Assembly (NCBI GenBank): GCA_964449245.1
Contig: CAYUXY010000002.1
Span: 39,463-103,462 of the forward strand
Length of the DNA stretch: 64,000 nucleotides
Source of the DNA: an uncultured Candidatus Saccharibacteria bacterium
GTDB lineage: Bacteria > Patescibacteriota > Minisyncoccia > UBA6257 > GWB1-50-10
Direction: 5' to 3'
Shown here: positions 40,089-49,746 of the stretch, one piece after another
How the letters are laid out: the number at the start of each line of letters is the position of its first letter
How positions within the stretch are numbered: position 1 is the first letter of the stretch
Notes under the pieces: model-generated
What the model saw: the letters and a program-made list of their open reading frames with translations, nothing else
Database searches by the model: none
What the model was told of the DNA's origin: nothing
Position numbers and translations under genes: made by a program

Positions 40089-40538
40089 TTATGGAATATA
40101 AAATAAATTTTTCTTATAGTTTTCAACCATCATTGCACTCGGAAAATACATAGGGCTTGGCAAATCGTCAACATCAAACCAACACCATTCGACTATCTCA
40201 TCCGGTTCCATAATTTGTGGCTCTCCGGAGAATTTATCCGAAAAAAGTCCTACGGTCACAAAATGCGCGTGTTCATTTTTGCAATTATTCACGCAAAACA
40301 CTTTTATTTCATCCAAATGAAGTCCTGTTTCTTCGAGCACTTCACGTTTAGCTCCGTCTTCGAAAGATTCGCCAAAATCCATCTTCCCGCCGGGCATTGT
40401 CCACGTTCCTTCTCCTCGCAACTCCGAGCTCGCCTTTTCGGCGTCAGAATGACGCCTTCCGAGCAATATTTTCCCGTCACGCATTACCATAACACCAAAC
40501 CCAGCTTTTACTATTTTCTTTTGTATTTCATTATCCAT
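40089..40538 (-). CDS. NUDIX hydrolase
   Basis: PGGKMDFGESFEDGAKREVLEETGL Nudix box. 149 aa. Confidence 0.85.
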   Translation of the reverse strand: MDNEIQKKIVKAGFGVMVMRDGKILLGRRHSDAEKASSELRGEGTWTMPGGKMDFGESFEDGAKREVLEETGLHLDEIKVFCVNNCKNEHAHFVTVGLFSDKFSGEPQIMEPDEIVEWCWFDVDDLPSPMYFPSAMMVENYKKNLFYIP

Positions 40539-40573
40539 AAGACTATTATTTTATATTTAAAAATAACCCGCCA

Positions 40574-41002
40574 CTATATTTTATCTTTATATAATTCGAA
40601 AAACTTGGGCAATTGGGAATGTAACGGTGTTGGTAGCGTGTCAAAGGTGAACCATTTTACATCTTCAAATTTATGAGGCTCTCCATTTTTTACCTTCTCT
40701 CTGTTGATAAACACCTTAAAATCAAGCGCTATCCAGTGAGTCCTCTTGCCATCGTGCTCCCTATGAACATCCCTATATCCCAAAAATTCGTAATCTAAAA
40801 CATCCGTGCAATATTCTTCTTTAATTTCTTTTTTTAATGTATTTTCGACGGTATCACCAAACTCAAGCGCGCCAGCTCCTATATCCCATGCATTATGCTC
40901 ATCACGACAATTTGCGCTTCTTTTTGCCAACAACACATTTGCCTTTCCGTCATGACAAAGATATACAACAGTTACTCCGGTATAGTCTTCTCCTTTTTTC
41001 AT
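40574..41002 (-). CDS. NUDIX hydrolase
   Basis: GAGALEFGDTVENTLKKEIKEEY Nudix box. 142 aa. Shares the start context acaaaaatacgaaatactaatATGAAAAAAG with the gene at 39331. Confidence 0.8.
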   Translation of the reverse strand: MKKGEDYTGVTVVYLCHDGKANVLLAKRSANCRDEHNAWDIGAGALEFGDTVENTLKKEIKEEYCTDVLDYEFLGYRDVHREHDGKRTHWIALDFKVFINREKVKNGEPHKFEDVKWFTFDTLPTPLHSQLPKFFELYKDKI

Positions 41003-41119
41003 ATTAGTATTTCGTATTTTTGTCTTTTGTATATTGTTTTATTATTTTGTTAACAGTCGATTGTTGTTAATCGTCATCCTGTTAATAGTTATTTAACTTC
41101 CTTCATTTAATCATTAACT

Positions 41120-41190
41120 CATTCAATCGAAATTCGAAATTAGGTAAATCGAAATTTGCATTACTTTCTACTTTATAAACTTTTAACTTT
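41120..41190. repeat. dispersed intergenic repeat module A (copy)
   Basis: cattcaatcgaaattcgaaattaggtaaatcgaaatttgcattactttctactttataaacttttaacttt. Confidence 0.8.
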
Positions 41191-41413
41191 CTTCTCCTAT
41201 ATATTCAAACCTCGGCATCTTTTTCCCGTCAATTTCAACGTCTTCCATAAACATATCAAGTGGCCTGACCCACATAGTATTTGCACCCTTACCCTTAATA
41301 GGATCCTCGTGAATATATACCGCCATCTTCTCCATAGTTTCGCTATGTAACGCGACACCAATCAATTCAACAATCATTCCTTTATAGTGCCTGTATTTTC
41401 CCAATTTGAGCAT
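41183..41413 (-). CDS. DUF1653 domain protein
   Basis: KYRHYKG ... HSET ... WVRP signature. 76 aa. Confidence 0.75.
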   Translation of the reverse strand: MLKLGKYRHYKGMIVELIGVALHSETMEKMAVYIHEDPIKGKGANTMWVRPLDMFMEDVEIDGKKMPRFEYIGEES

Positions 41414-41482
41414 AATATTATTTTTTACATTTAATAGTGCCTCGCCTAAGTTTTATTATACTACTATGATATTGATTCAGAA

Positions 41483-41944
41483 TTATTTCTGGCCATAAAA
41501 TCTTTCGTGCAATTCCGGACATTCATTCTTAAAAATTTCCTCCATTGGATCTTTCTTTTTCACTTGCTTAAATTGAATGCCTCTTTTTGACCCGCCTTTC
41601 ACTCTCAAAATAAAACTACTGACTAATTTAGAGCACTCGGTTGCTAAATTATTTAAATGCTTAAATGTTTCAATACTTAAATAACCGACATCTAACGCCG
41701 CATACAACTGCGCGCGAACTTCACCAGCCGACCCTTTTGCAATATATAAATAGTTGATAAATCCAGCCGTAGTTCCGCTTTCAAATCCCTCTGCGATATT
41801 ACTCATCACCGAAACCGACGCTCTCTGAATTTGGTCTTTAAAACCCGCGTCATTACAATTTTTGAAAGCATTATAGACATCGCGGGTTAATTCTCTGGAT
41901 TTTTGCCAACAAATAAGGTCTTCAAATTTTTCAATCGTTGCCAT
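41483..41944 (-). CDS. four-helix-bundle protein (23S rRNA intervening-sequence protein family)
   Basis: FEDLICWQKSRELTRDVY ... SNIAEGF ... YLYIAKGSAGEV matches the TIGR02436-type pattern. 153 aa. Confidence 0.75.
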   Translation of the reverse strand: MATIEKFEDLICWQKSRELTRDVYNAFKNCNDAGFKDQIQRASVSVMSNIAEGFESGTTAGFINYLYIAKGSAGEVRAQLYAALDVGYLSIETFKHLNNLATECSKLVSSFILRVKGGSKRGIQFKQVKKKDPMEEIFKNECPELHERFYGQK

Positions 41945-41950
41945 ATTAGC

Positions 41951-42178
41951 TTAATCTTGTATTGATATCTCTATCTTTTGCAACACCTCTTGAATTCTTT
42001 GCCACTGCCACAATGGCATACCATTTTTCCATTCAAATAATTTTTCTAAATCATTGGGATTTAATGGCCTATTCATTGGTAATATATGCGGGAAATAATA
42101 TTTTTCGTCAAGATTTTTAGAGTCATTATAAAACTGCGACCAAAATCTAATAAACTCGCACAAATTTAATTTATCCAT
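41951..42178 (-). CDS. hypothetical protein (75 aa)
   Basis: Small ORF upstream of secA on the same strand. Confidence 0.4.
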   Translation of the reverse strand: MDKLNLCEFIRFWSQFYNDSKNLDEKYYFPHILPMNRPLNPNDLEKLFEWKNGMPLWQWQRIQEVLQKIEISIQD

Positions 42179-42235
42179 ATATTTACTTCTCCCATGACAT
42201 TGTTTTACCCTTCGACAGGCTCAGGACAAACGTCG

Positions 42236-44767
42236 TCACGCACCATGACAACGCTTATATTTTACGGGCACCCCGTCGCTATTTTTCGCACCACACGGGC
42301 ACGGATCGTTTCTGCCAACATGTTCGGTATTCATCGAAGATATCTGTTTTTTGGATTCATTTTTCGCACTGCCAGCTATTTTATCAAGACTTATATCAAA
42401 AAGCGGAAAAACGGTATTCCACACAAGCCCGTCAAAATTATTATTCAACGCTTTAAAAAGCCCGTGCGCTTCTCTCCTATATTCTACAAGTGGCTCATGC
42501 TGGCCGTATGCGCGAATATTCACCGAATCCCGCAAGCTTTCGAGATTTTCCAGATGTTCAACCCAAAGTGTATCTATTATCCTTACAAAATGTTTCGCTA
42601 TAGTTTGTCCGCGCTCTTTTTCTATTGTCTCCGGAATTGTTTTTAATTTGTCTTCAATTTTAGCGAGCTCGGTCGCGCGTTTTTCTTCCGTTTCCGCATT
42701 TGCATCCTTGAGCGTCGAGGCAATATGACGCACATTTTCCGCAAACCGTTCGAGTGTTTCGCGCACAATTCCGAGAATTTCTCCTTTTTCTCCCGCGATA
42801 AGAATTTTCTCTCTCCTCGAATAAATTGCCGAGCGCTGTTTGTTTAACACATCGTCAAAATCAAGCAGATGTTTTCTGGCGTCAAAATTAGCGCCCTCAA
42901 CTTTCTGTTGTGCCTGATTAACCGCCTTTGAAATCATTTTTGCCTCAATCGGCGTGTCTTCGGGAAGATTGAACGCGTCCATAAGCTTTTTCACGCGGTC
43001 TCCGCCGAATATCCTCACTAAATCGTCTTCGAGAGAAAGGAAAAATTGCGATGAACCCGGATCTCCCTGCCGACCGGAACGTCCGCGAAGCTGGTTATCA
43101 ATTCTCCGCGCTTCGTGTCGCTCCGTGCCTATTACGTGTAATCCTCCCAAATTTTTAACCTTCTCCATTTCTTCGTCTGTTGGCGGATTCCCGCCAAGAA
43201 TAATATCAACGCCTCGTCCAGCCATATTCGTCGCGACAGTTACGGCACCTATCCGACCGGCTTGCGCGATAATAGCGCCTTCGCGTTCGTTGTTCTTCGC
43301 ATTCAAAACTTCGTGCGGAATTCCAGCCGTCGCAAGATATGCCGAAATTGTTTCATTATTTTCGATTGACGTCGTGCCGATAAGCACAGGCTGACCTTTT
43401 TCGTGCCTTTCTTTTACTTCTTCGGCAACCGCCTTGTATTTTGCATCTTTTGTTTTATAAATCCTGTCCGGCGATTCTTTTCTTATAAGTGGCCTGTTTG
43501 TAGGTATGGTAACAACATCCAATCCGTAAACTTTATGAAACTCTTCGGCGGACGTCTGCGCCGTTCCCGTCATACCTGCTATTTTTTTATACAATCTGAA
43601 ATAATTTTGTATGGTTATCTGCGCGTAGGTCCTGTTTTCCTCTTTTACAAAAACTCCTTCTTTAGCCTCTATCGCCTGATGAAGCCCGCCGGAATATCGC
43701 CTTCCGTGAAGCATCCGACCGGTAAATTCATCGACGATAATTATCTCGCCGTCTTTCACAACATAATTCTTGTCTTTCTTAAAAAGCGTTTTGGCTTTCA
43801 AACTTTCGTTTAAGAAATGCACCAATCGAGAATTATCCGGATCAAAAATATTTTTTATTCCGAGAGCGCGCTCAACTTTTTCAGTGCCGGTATCAGTCAG
43901 ATTTACGGTACGAAGCTTTTCGTCAACTTCATAATCTTCGCCGTCCGAAAGCTTCGTGACTATATTCGCAAACGTCTTGTAGTTATCGCTCGATGCTTCA
44001 TCGGGCGCGGCTATAATAAGCGGGGTTCTCGCTTCGTCGATTAAAATACTGTCAACCTCGTCAATAATTGCGTATGCCGGAGTTCTCTGTACTCGATCGG
44101 AAAGATTTAAAACAAGATTGTCGCGCAGATAATCAAATCCGAATTCGTGATTTGTTCCATATGTTACATCGGCAAGATACGCTTCCCTTCTCGAAATAGG
44201 ACGAAGAAATTTTTCTATGACGCGGAAACCTCCCGTTTCGTCTCTTTCTTTATCTACGGTTTCCTCCATTTCAAAAGACGGGTCATATGAATATGCCGTG
44301 TCGTGAACTATACATGAAACAGTAAGCCCAAGAGCATGATATATCTGCCCCATCCATACGGCATCTCTTCTCGCCAGATAGTCGTTAACAGTAACGACAT
44401 GAACGCCTTCTCCGGAAAGAGCATTCAGATACGCGGAAAGCGTTGCGACGAGCGTTTTTCCCTCTCCGGTCTTCATTTCGGCAATCTTGCCTTCGTGAAG
44501 CACGGCGCCTCCTATTATTTGAACATCGTAATGTCTCTTACCTGATGTACGCTTTGACGCTTCGCGAACAAGCGCAAAAGCTTCCGGCATTATTTGGTCA
44601 TTAAAACCATCATTACGAACCCTTTCTTTTAACGTGAGTGATTTTGCTTTTAATTCTTCATCCGACAGACGACTTAGCTCGTCTTCGTATGAATTAGTGA
44701 GAAAAACGAGCGTCTCGAGACGCTTTAATGGATTTCCACTGATAATTTTTGAAAATATTGAGAACAT
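42236..44767 (-). CDS. secA: preprotein translocase subunit SecA
   Basis: DEAD motor motifs and C-terminal zinc-binding CPCGAKNSDGVPVKYKRCHG. The start was set at the internal Met MFSIFSKIISGNPLKRLE. Confidence 0.9.
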   Translation of the reverse strand: MFSIFSKIISGNPLKRLETLVFLTNSYEDELSRLSDEELKAKSLTLKERVRNDGFNDQIMPEAFALVREASKRTSGKRHYDVQIIGGAVLHEGKIAEMKTGEGKTLVATLSAYLNALSGEGVHVVTVNDYLARRDAVWMGQIYHALGLTVSCIVHDTAYSYDPSFEMEETVDKERDETGGFRVIEKFLRPISRREAYLADVTYGTNHEFGFDYLRDNLVLNLSDRVQRTPAYAIIDEVDSILIDEARTPLIIAAPDEASSDNYKTFANIVTKLSDGEDYEVDEKLRTVNLTDTGTEKVERALGIKNIFDPDNSRLVHFLNESLKAKTLFKKDKNYVVKDGEIIIVDEFTGRMLHGRRYSGGLHQAIEAKEGVFVKEENRTYAQITIQNYFRLYKKIAGMTGTAQTSAEEFHKVYGLDVVTIPTNRPLIRKESPDRIYKTKDAKYKAVAEEVKERHEKGQPVLIGTTSIENNETISAYLATAGIPHEVLNAKNNEREGAIIAQAGRIGAVTVATNMAGRGVDIILGGNPPTDEEMEKVKNLGGLHVIGTERHEARRIDNQLRGRSGRQGDPGSSQFFLSLEDDLVRIFGGDRVKKLMDAFNLPEDTPIEAKMISKAVNQAQQKVEGANFDARKHLLDFDDVLNKQRSAIYSRREKILIAGEKGEILGIVRETLERFAENVRHIASTLKDANAETEEKRATELAKIEDKLKTIPETIEKERGQTIAKHFVRIIDTLWVEHLENLESLRDSVNIRAYGQHEPLVEYRREAHGLFKALNNNFDGLVWNTVFPLFDISLDKIAGSAKNESKKQISSMNTEHVGRNDPCPCGAKNSDGVPVKYKRCHGA

Positions 44768-44901
44768 ACGAAGTACAAAAACAAGCTCTCCGGCGACCGG
44801 AGTGGCCATGGCGGTGACCTCCAAATTTTTTTAAATGTTGAGCGAGTGCGCGTCCATAGCCACTCAGGGCGTCTGAAATACACGCACATTAAGGATACCA
44901 T

Positions 44902-44940
44902 ATAAAAAGAACCCCGCCAGCCCTTGCGGACTGGCGGGGA
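44902..44940 (-). terminator. rho-independent terminator after rmuC and its 3' repeat block
   Basis: ccccgccag-cccttgcgga-ctggcgggg followed by a U-run on the minus strand. Confidence 0.6.
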
Positions 44941-45164
44941 TTGGAGGGATTCCTTGCATTTCTCCGCTTCGGTAAACCGCATTGGAGACAAGAAATCTAC
45001 ACCCAACTCAACGAAAGCACTATATCATAGAAAAATTCAAAAAGCAAGAGCAAAAACAGTTATTAGTTTTTAGTTGTTGGTTTTTAGTTATAATGTATTT
45101 TCTAAAAACTAATTACTTTTAACTTCCTTTCCCCGTCTTTTTACTTTCATCTTTTAACTTTCGA

Positions 45165-46211
45165 CTATTCCTTCGGTCCTTCAATCACTTCCGGACTTAT
45201 GCCCGCAACTTCTCCGCCTATACGCATCACATCTTTGTCTATTTTTCCAAATTCTTTATACGCGCTGTTATACATACTGACAGTCGTCCCGAGATGACCT
45301 CCGAGCTTTTTCATATACGATTCGTAGCTTAATAGATGTTTGCCAAGCTCCTCTACCCTCTGCCTGATTTCTTTTGCGGATTCCTCAATTTTCAATGCGC
45401 GTAGTCCCTGCAAAACCGTCTGCAAATACGCGAGAAAATTTGTAGGAGAAACAATGATGACTTTTTTCTCCTTAAACGCGTACTCAATCATATCACGCGT
45501 GTTTACTTTTACTGCTCCGACTTTATTCACAAGAAGATCATAATAAATCGCTTCGGAGGGAATAAACATAAAAGCGAAGTCCATTGTGTTTTCTTCGGGA
45601 CGAACATACTTTGATGTTTCATCGATTCTATTTTTCAAATCAGCCTTAAACTGCCTCTCAATGACCTCTCTCGCAACGGGGTCGCGTTCATTCAAAATTC
45701 TCTCATAATTTTCGAGCGAGAACTTCGCGTCTATCGGAATAATTTTTTCTTTCACAAAAACGACTGCATCCACAATTTCTCCGTCTGCAAATTTATACTG
45801 CATTTCATACGAATTTGGAGGAAGTACGTTTTTAAGAGTTTCTTCAAGAAAATATTCGCCCAAAATGCCTCTTTGTTTTGGATTTTTCAGTATATCCTGC
45901 AAAGACTGGAGCTGATCCGCGAAACCGATAACCTGCTTATTAGTCTCGTCGAGCTTCGTAAGTTTTTCTGTAACATCGCGGACGATTTTTGCGCTCTCGC
46001 TAAACTGTCTCTCCATAGAACGCGTGGACTCGTAAATCCTCGAATCAATGGCTCGATTCATTTCGTTTAACTGCCCCTGCAAAATGGAAAGCGCCGAATC
46101 CCCTCCATCTTTTTTGCGCGATAAATGCAACACAAGAAAAATAAGGGCGCCAAAACCGACGAGAAAAATAATTGCGACGACAATGAGAAGTGTTGTGTTC
46201 ATATAATTCAA
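45165..46211 (-). CDS. rmuC: DNA recombination protein RmuC
   Basis: N-terminal TM, coiled coil and C-terminal RmuC nuclease-like domain. 348 aa. Confidence 0.8.
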   Translation of the reverse strand: MNYMNTTLLIVVAIIFLVGFGALIFLVLHLSRKKDGGDSALSILQGQLNEMNRAIDSRIYESTRSMERQFSESAKIVRDVTEKLTKLDETNKQVIGFADQLQSLQDILKNPKQRGILGEYFLEETLKNVLPPNSYEMQYKFADGEIVDAVVFVKEKIIPIDAKFSLENYERILNERDPVAREVIERQFKADLKNRIDETSKYVRPEENTMDFAFMFIPSEAIYYDLLVNKVGAVKVNTRDMIEYAFKEKKVIIVSPTNFLAYLQTVLQGLRALKIEESAKEIRQRVEELGKHLLSYESYMKKLGGHLGTTVSMYNSAYKEFGKIDKDVMRIGGEVAGISPEVIEGPKE

Positions 46212-46564
46212 TTAATCGAAGCGACAAGAGCAATAGCTACAAAAATAAGTATCCCTATAAGTATGTTTACGGATAAGAAAAGATAAGCGAGACCACGTTC
46301 CCGTAAAAAGAGATAATTGCCTATTGCCGAATTTAAAATCGCGATACAAAAACCGGCAAGCCATATGCCAAAAAGCCCTGATGACTCGCCAAACATAGTA
46401 ATACCTCGCATATTATCAAACTTTAAAACAATCGGCTCTGCGAGACGCGGAGCGAAAAAAAATGAGAAAATAAGCGATACGAGAAATATTCCGACAGAAA
46501 CAATAAAGATTGTACGCAATGTTTTGTCGGGCCAAAAATGCAATTTAATATGATATTTACCCAT
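46208..46564 (-). CDS. small membrane protein (hypothetical)
   Basis: 118 aa with 3 TM helices. Overlaps the rmuC start by 4 nt. Confidence 0.5.
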   Translation of the reverse strand: MGKYHIKLHFWPDKTLRTIFIVSVGIFLVSLIFSFFFAPRLAEPIVLKFDNMRGITMFGESSGLFGIWLAGFCIAILNSAIGNYLFLRERGLAYLFLSVNILIGILIFVAIALVASIN

Positions 46565-46597
46565 ATAATTTATTGTATCTCCGGAGACAAAAAAGCG

Positions 46598-47473
46598 CTA
46601 TCGCAAGCCAAAAACAGATATGTGTCCACCTGAAATTTCAGCTTTTATCGTTCCATATTCATCCGTCCTGAATATTTCCGCTCCAGAGTCTAAAATACGA
46701 CCGACCGCCTCCATAGACGGATGTCCATACGAATTTTTGCCAACCTCTATAAATGCGAGTTTTGGCTTTATTGCGCTTAAAAAATCATTACCGCTCGAAT
46801 ATTTCGAGCCGTGATGTGCAACCTTCAGAATATCTATCTCTGGCAAAAAAGATGCGATTGCGGATTCCGAAGCAAAGCCTACGTCTCCGGAAAAGAGCGC
46901 GCTTGCCCCGTCGCTCCTTAGAAGAGTAACCATACTATTGTCATTCATATTTTTTTGTACGCTATCGTATCTCGGCCACAAAATTTCTATTACTGAATCC
47001 CGATAATGGATTTTGTCGCCTCCGGAAACAACGATGCGCGTAATGCCTGCGCTATTTATTTCTTCTTCAAAAACTTCGAAAGATTCGCTGTCGCTTTTAA
47101 GTTTCGCGAGAGCAAGCGATCTTATAGGCATACTTTTTATAACATCCGCAAACCCGCCATAATGGTCTATTTCCGGATGTGTTAAAATCGCTAAATCTAT
47201 TTTTTTATTTGTAAAAGGAAGTATGTTGCCAATTTCGTTCGCTGATCGGCCGTTAGCCGGCCCGGCGTCTATCAAAATATTTACTCCGCCCGCAAAAGTT
47301 ATAAGCTCGCTGTCGCCTTGCCCTACGTCAAGAAAATAAAGAGCTGTTCCGTTTGTGTCTTCGGATAAAAATCCGGCAATTGCAAAAATATCAAACACGA
47401 GGCATATTGCCGTTATTGAGAAAAAAATATTCAGACGTTTTCTTTTTTCGTAATATTGTTCTCGCGATTCCAT
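46598..47473 (-). CDS. ComEC/Rec2 C-terminal metallo-beta-lactamase-fold domain protein
   Basis: LDVGQGDSELITFAGGVNILIDAGP and HHGS motifs. 291 aa. The 5' end overlaps the preceding ComEC ORF by 83 nt in another frame. Confidence 0.75.
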   Translation of the reverse strand: MESREQYYEKRKRLNIFFSITAICLVFDIFAIAGFLSEDTNGTALYFLDVGQGDSELITFAGGVNILIDAGPANGRSANEIGNILPFTNKKIDLAILTHPEIDHYGGFADVIKSMPIRSLALAKLKSDSESFEVFEEEINSAGITRIVVSGGDKIHYRDSVIEILWPRYDSVQKNMNDNSMVTLLRSDGASALFSGDVGFASESAIASFLPEIDILKVAHHGSKYSSGNDFLSAIKPKLAFIEVGKNSYGHPSMEAVGRILDSGAEIFRTDEYGTIKAEISGGHISVFGLR

Positions 47474-48917
47474 AAAAAATGATTAACGCTGTGTAATATA
47501 ATAGCACGGCTGGAGTGGAAAAATTCAGGGACACGCCTCCGCTAATTTTACCAAAAAATTCTATGATTCCTATTTCGCATTGTAACAAGAATCCGAGCAC
47601 TACTCCGGAGATAATCGAAAGAAAAGGCAGTGAAAGCTCCACAAAAACAGAGACAAACCCGAGAGCCATTGTAAACGGCGTAAGGGATAAAAGAACTATA
47701 TTTGCCGGCAAGGACGCAAGAGAGACAAAGCCAAATTTGGAAAGCAAAATTGGCAAAACCGTTATTTGCGCGGAAACGGTAGTTAACAGATTTTCTTTCC
47801 ACGAGAATATTCCTTTGTCTCCGTTTGTGTTCAAAAAAAGTTCTATTTTGGGCTTCAAATAAACGATGCCGAGTAAAGCGAGGAACGAGAGTTGAAAGCC
47901 GATATCAAAAATCAAAATTCGGGGATTATATAAAGACATAATTAGCGCCGAGAGCAAAATAACATTTTTCATACTTTCCCCGCTTCCAAATAGGCGCCCG
48001 AAAAGAATAGATGCCCCCATGATTCCTGCGCGGGCAACCGAAGGCTCCCCTCCCGTCATTATTGAAAATCCGGCTATCGAAAACAGCGATGCGAAAAACG
48101 AACCTCGCGGAGTCATAAAAAGCGTAAACAGTGATGCTACGGCAAGAATTAAAATTGTTATGTTGTATCCGGAAAGCGCGACGAGATGCGTAGTTCCACT
48201 CTTCTTCATAGCTTCATCAAATTCGGAAGAAAAATCGTTTGTATTGCCAAGCAATATACCCTTTAAAAAAGCTGCGGATTTATACGGCAAAATAGCATTA
48301 ATTGCGAGCTCGACTTTTCCTTTTATTTTAAATAGCGCGGATTTAATGAAAGAACCGTTATTATGAGAAATTAAAATAATTTCAGGAAACGATAAAATTC
48401 CATACATTCCTTCTTTTATTAAATAATTTCCATATCCGTTTTCGGGAATCTGTTTTATTTCTCCGGTAAATTCTACTTTGTCGCCATATTTGAAGACAGG
48501 AAATCTCGCGGTCTGAATAAGTATATTACCCCTATAAGGCTCTGATAATTTTACCGCAATCTCCTGCTTTTTTTCTGAAAACGCCGGCGATTTTGACACA
48601 ATACCTTGAATCGTAACGGCATCTGAAAATGGAATATTTATTTTACTATTCTGTATATCAAAAAATCCGGAATAAAACGCTCCGCAAAATATAAATGATG
48701 CCACGAATGGAAAAAACAAAAAGCCTTTCTTTTTGGAGAAAAAATAGCAAACGAGCGGAACTATAAATAAAACGAGTATGAACGGGAATGCCGTCACGCC
48801 GAAACCTAAGCTCGCAAGCGCAATTCCAATGAGCACTCCCGACGACCCCCAAAAGAATTTTTTATGCAGAGCATCAAGCGAATGCGCGAGAAAAAATGAC
48901 ATGAGCGAAAAATACAA
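47391..48917 (-). CDS. ComEC/Rec2 competence membrane-channel domain protein
   Basis: 508 aa polytopic membrane protein with a competence-domain-like core. Confidence 0.7.
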   Translation of the reverse strand: MYFSLMSFFLAHSLDALHKKFFWGSSGVLIGIALASLGFGVTAFPFILVLFIVPLVCYFFSKKKGFLFFPFVASFIFCGAFYSGFFDIQNSKINIPFSDAVTIQGIVSKSPAFSEKKQEIAVKLSEPYRGNILIQTARFPVFKYGDKVEFTGEIKQIPENGYGNYLIKEGMYGILSFPEIILISHNNGSFIKSALFKIKGKVELAINAILPYKSAAFLKGILLGNTNDFSSEFDEAMKKSGTTHLVALSGYNITILILAVASLFTLFMTPRGSFFASLFSIAGFSIMTGGEPSVARAGIMGASILFGRLFGSGESMKNVILLSALIMSLYNPRILIFDIGFQLSFLALLGIVYLKPKIELFLNTNGDKGIFSWKENLLTTVSAQITVLPILLSKFGFVSLASLPANIVLLSLTPFTMALGFVSVFVELSLPFLSIISGVVLGFLLQCEIGIIEFFGKISGGVSLNFSTPAVLLYYTALIIFYGIARTILRKKKTSEYFFLNNGNMPRV

Positions 48918-49034
48918 ATTTCGAATTACCTAATTTCGAATTTCGATTGAATGAATTAATGATAAAATTTCTGAATGCATTTGCTTGCACTAACAACTAA
49001 AAACTAATAACTACAAACTGCATTACGCCACTTT
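48915..49034. repeat. intergenic repeat modules A (reverse orientation) and E (ctaacaactaaaaactaataactacaaactgcattacgccactt)
   Basis: Module E recurs at 49713..49755, partially at 26405..26435, and in reverse complement at 45055..45090. Confidence 0.75.
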
Positions 49035-49054
49035 ATGAACTTTTAACTGATCTG

Positions 49055-49558
49055 TTACATTCTATTTCCTAACTCCTTCCTTATCACTCTCATCAGTTTT
49101 GATTTATCTTCTCCGGCACAAACAACGCCTGCATTTTCGTATCCCATTTTTTCATAGAATGCGTATGCCGTATCCCTGTACCTTTCTGCGCTCCTTCCCA
49201 TTATTTCAGTAAATCCGAGATCCTTTGCTTTTTCTTCCACGAGACTAAGAAGAGTTCTGCCAATACCCTTACCGCGACAATCTTTTTCGAGATACAAAAT
49301 CTTTAATTCGCACGGCTTTTCCGTTTTGGCAAACTCAACAATTTTTGGCAATACATCGCAAATACCGGTAATTCCGACAATGATGTCGTTATCTACAGCA
49401 ACCCAATATTTAGCATTGAATTCAGTTTTATCTTTAATATATCCCCCTATTCTTTCAATATATTTTTTTACCTCACTTTCGTCAGTCCATTCGGATAATA
49501 TCTTTTCTATCGCCGGCAAATCTTCCTCTACGGGTTTTCTAATAATTATGTTCGACAT
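49055..49558 (-). CDS. GNAT family N-acetyltransferase
   Basis: Acetyl-CoA-binding motif RGKGIGRTLL. 167 aa. Confidence 0.85.
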   Translation of the reverse strand: MSNIIIRKPVEEDLPAIEKILSEWTDESEVKKYIERIGGYIKDKTEFNAKYWVAVDNDIIVGITGICDVLPKIVEFAKTEKPCELKILYLEKDCRGKGIGRTLLSLVEEKAKDLGFTEIMGRSAERYRDTAYAFYEKMGYENAGVVCAGEDKSKLMRVIRKELGNRM

Positions 49559-49746
49559 ATCTTAATATTAATTTAATAACTGAGTAAAAAGTTGAAAGTA
49601 CAAAAGATGAAAGTGAAAAAACTAAAGCACGAATGTGGGTATTTTTCTTTCTTTTCTTTTAACTTTAAACTTTTATCTTTTTACTTTTGTCTTTTATCTT
49701 TCTGCATTCTTCTCTAACAACTAAAAACTAAAATCTAAAAACTGCA

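Noticed and set aside
42194-44545. Plus-strand ORFs of 69-150 aa (42194..42646, 42351..42728, 42954..43394, 43403..43813, 43817..44044, 44336..44545)
   Set aside because: They lie antisense within secA. They are typical AT-rich antisense artefacts.
44768-44905. Imperfect inverted repeat gtgcgcgtccatagccactcagggcgtctgaaatacacgcac upstream of secA as a tRNA or riboswitch
   Set aside because: No cloverleaf could be folded. It is a single imperfect stem only, most likely a secA leader structure and not reportable as a feature.
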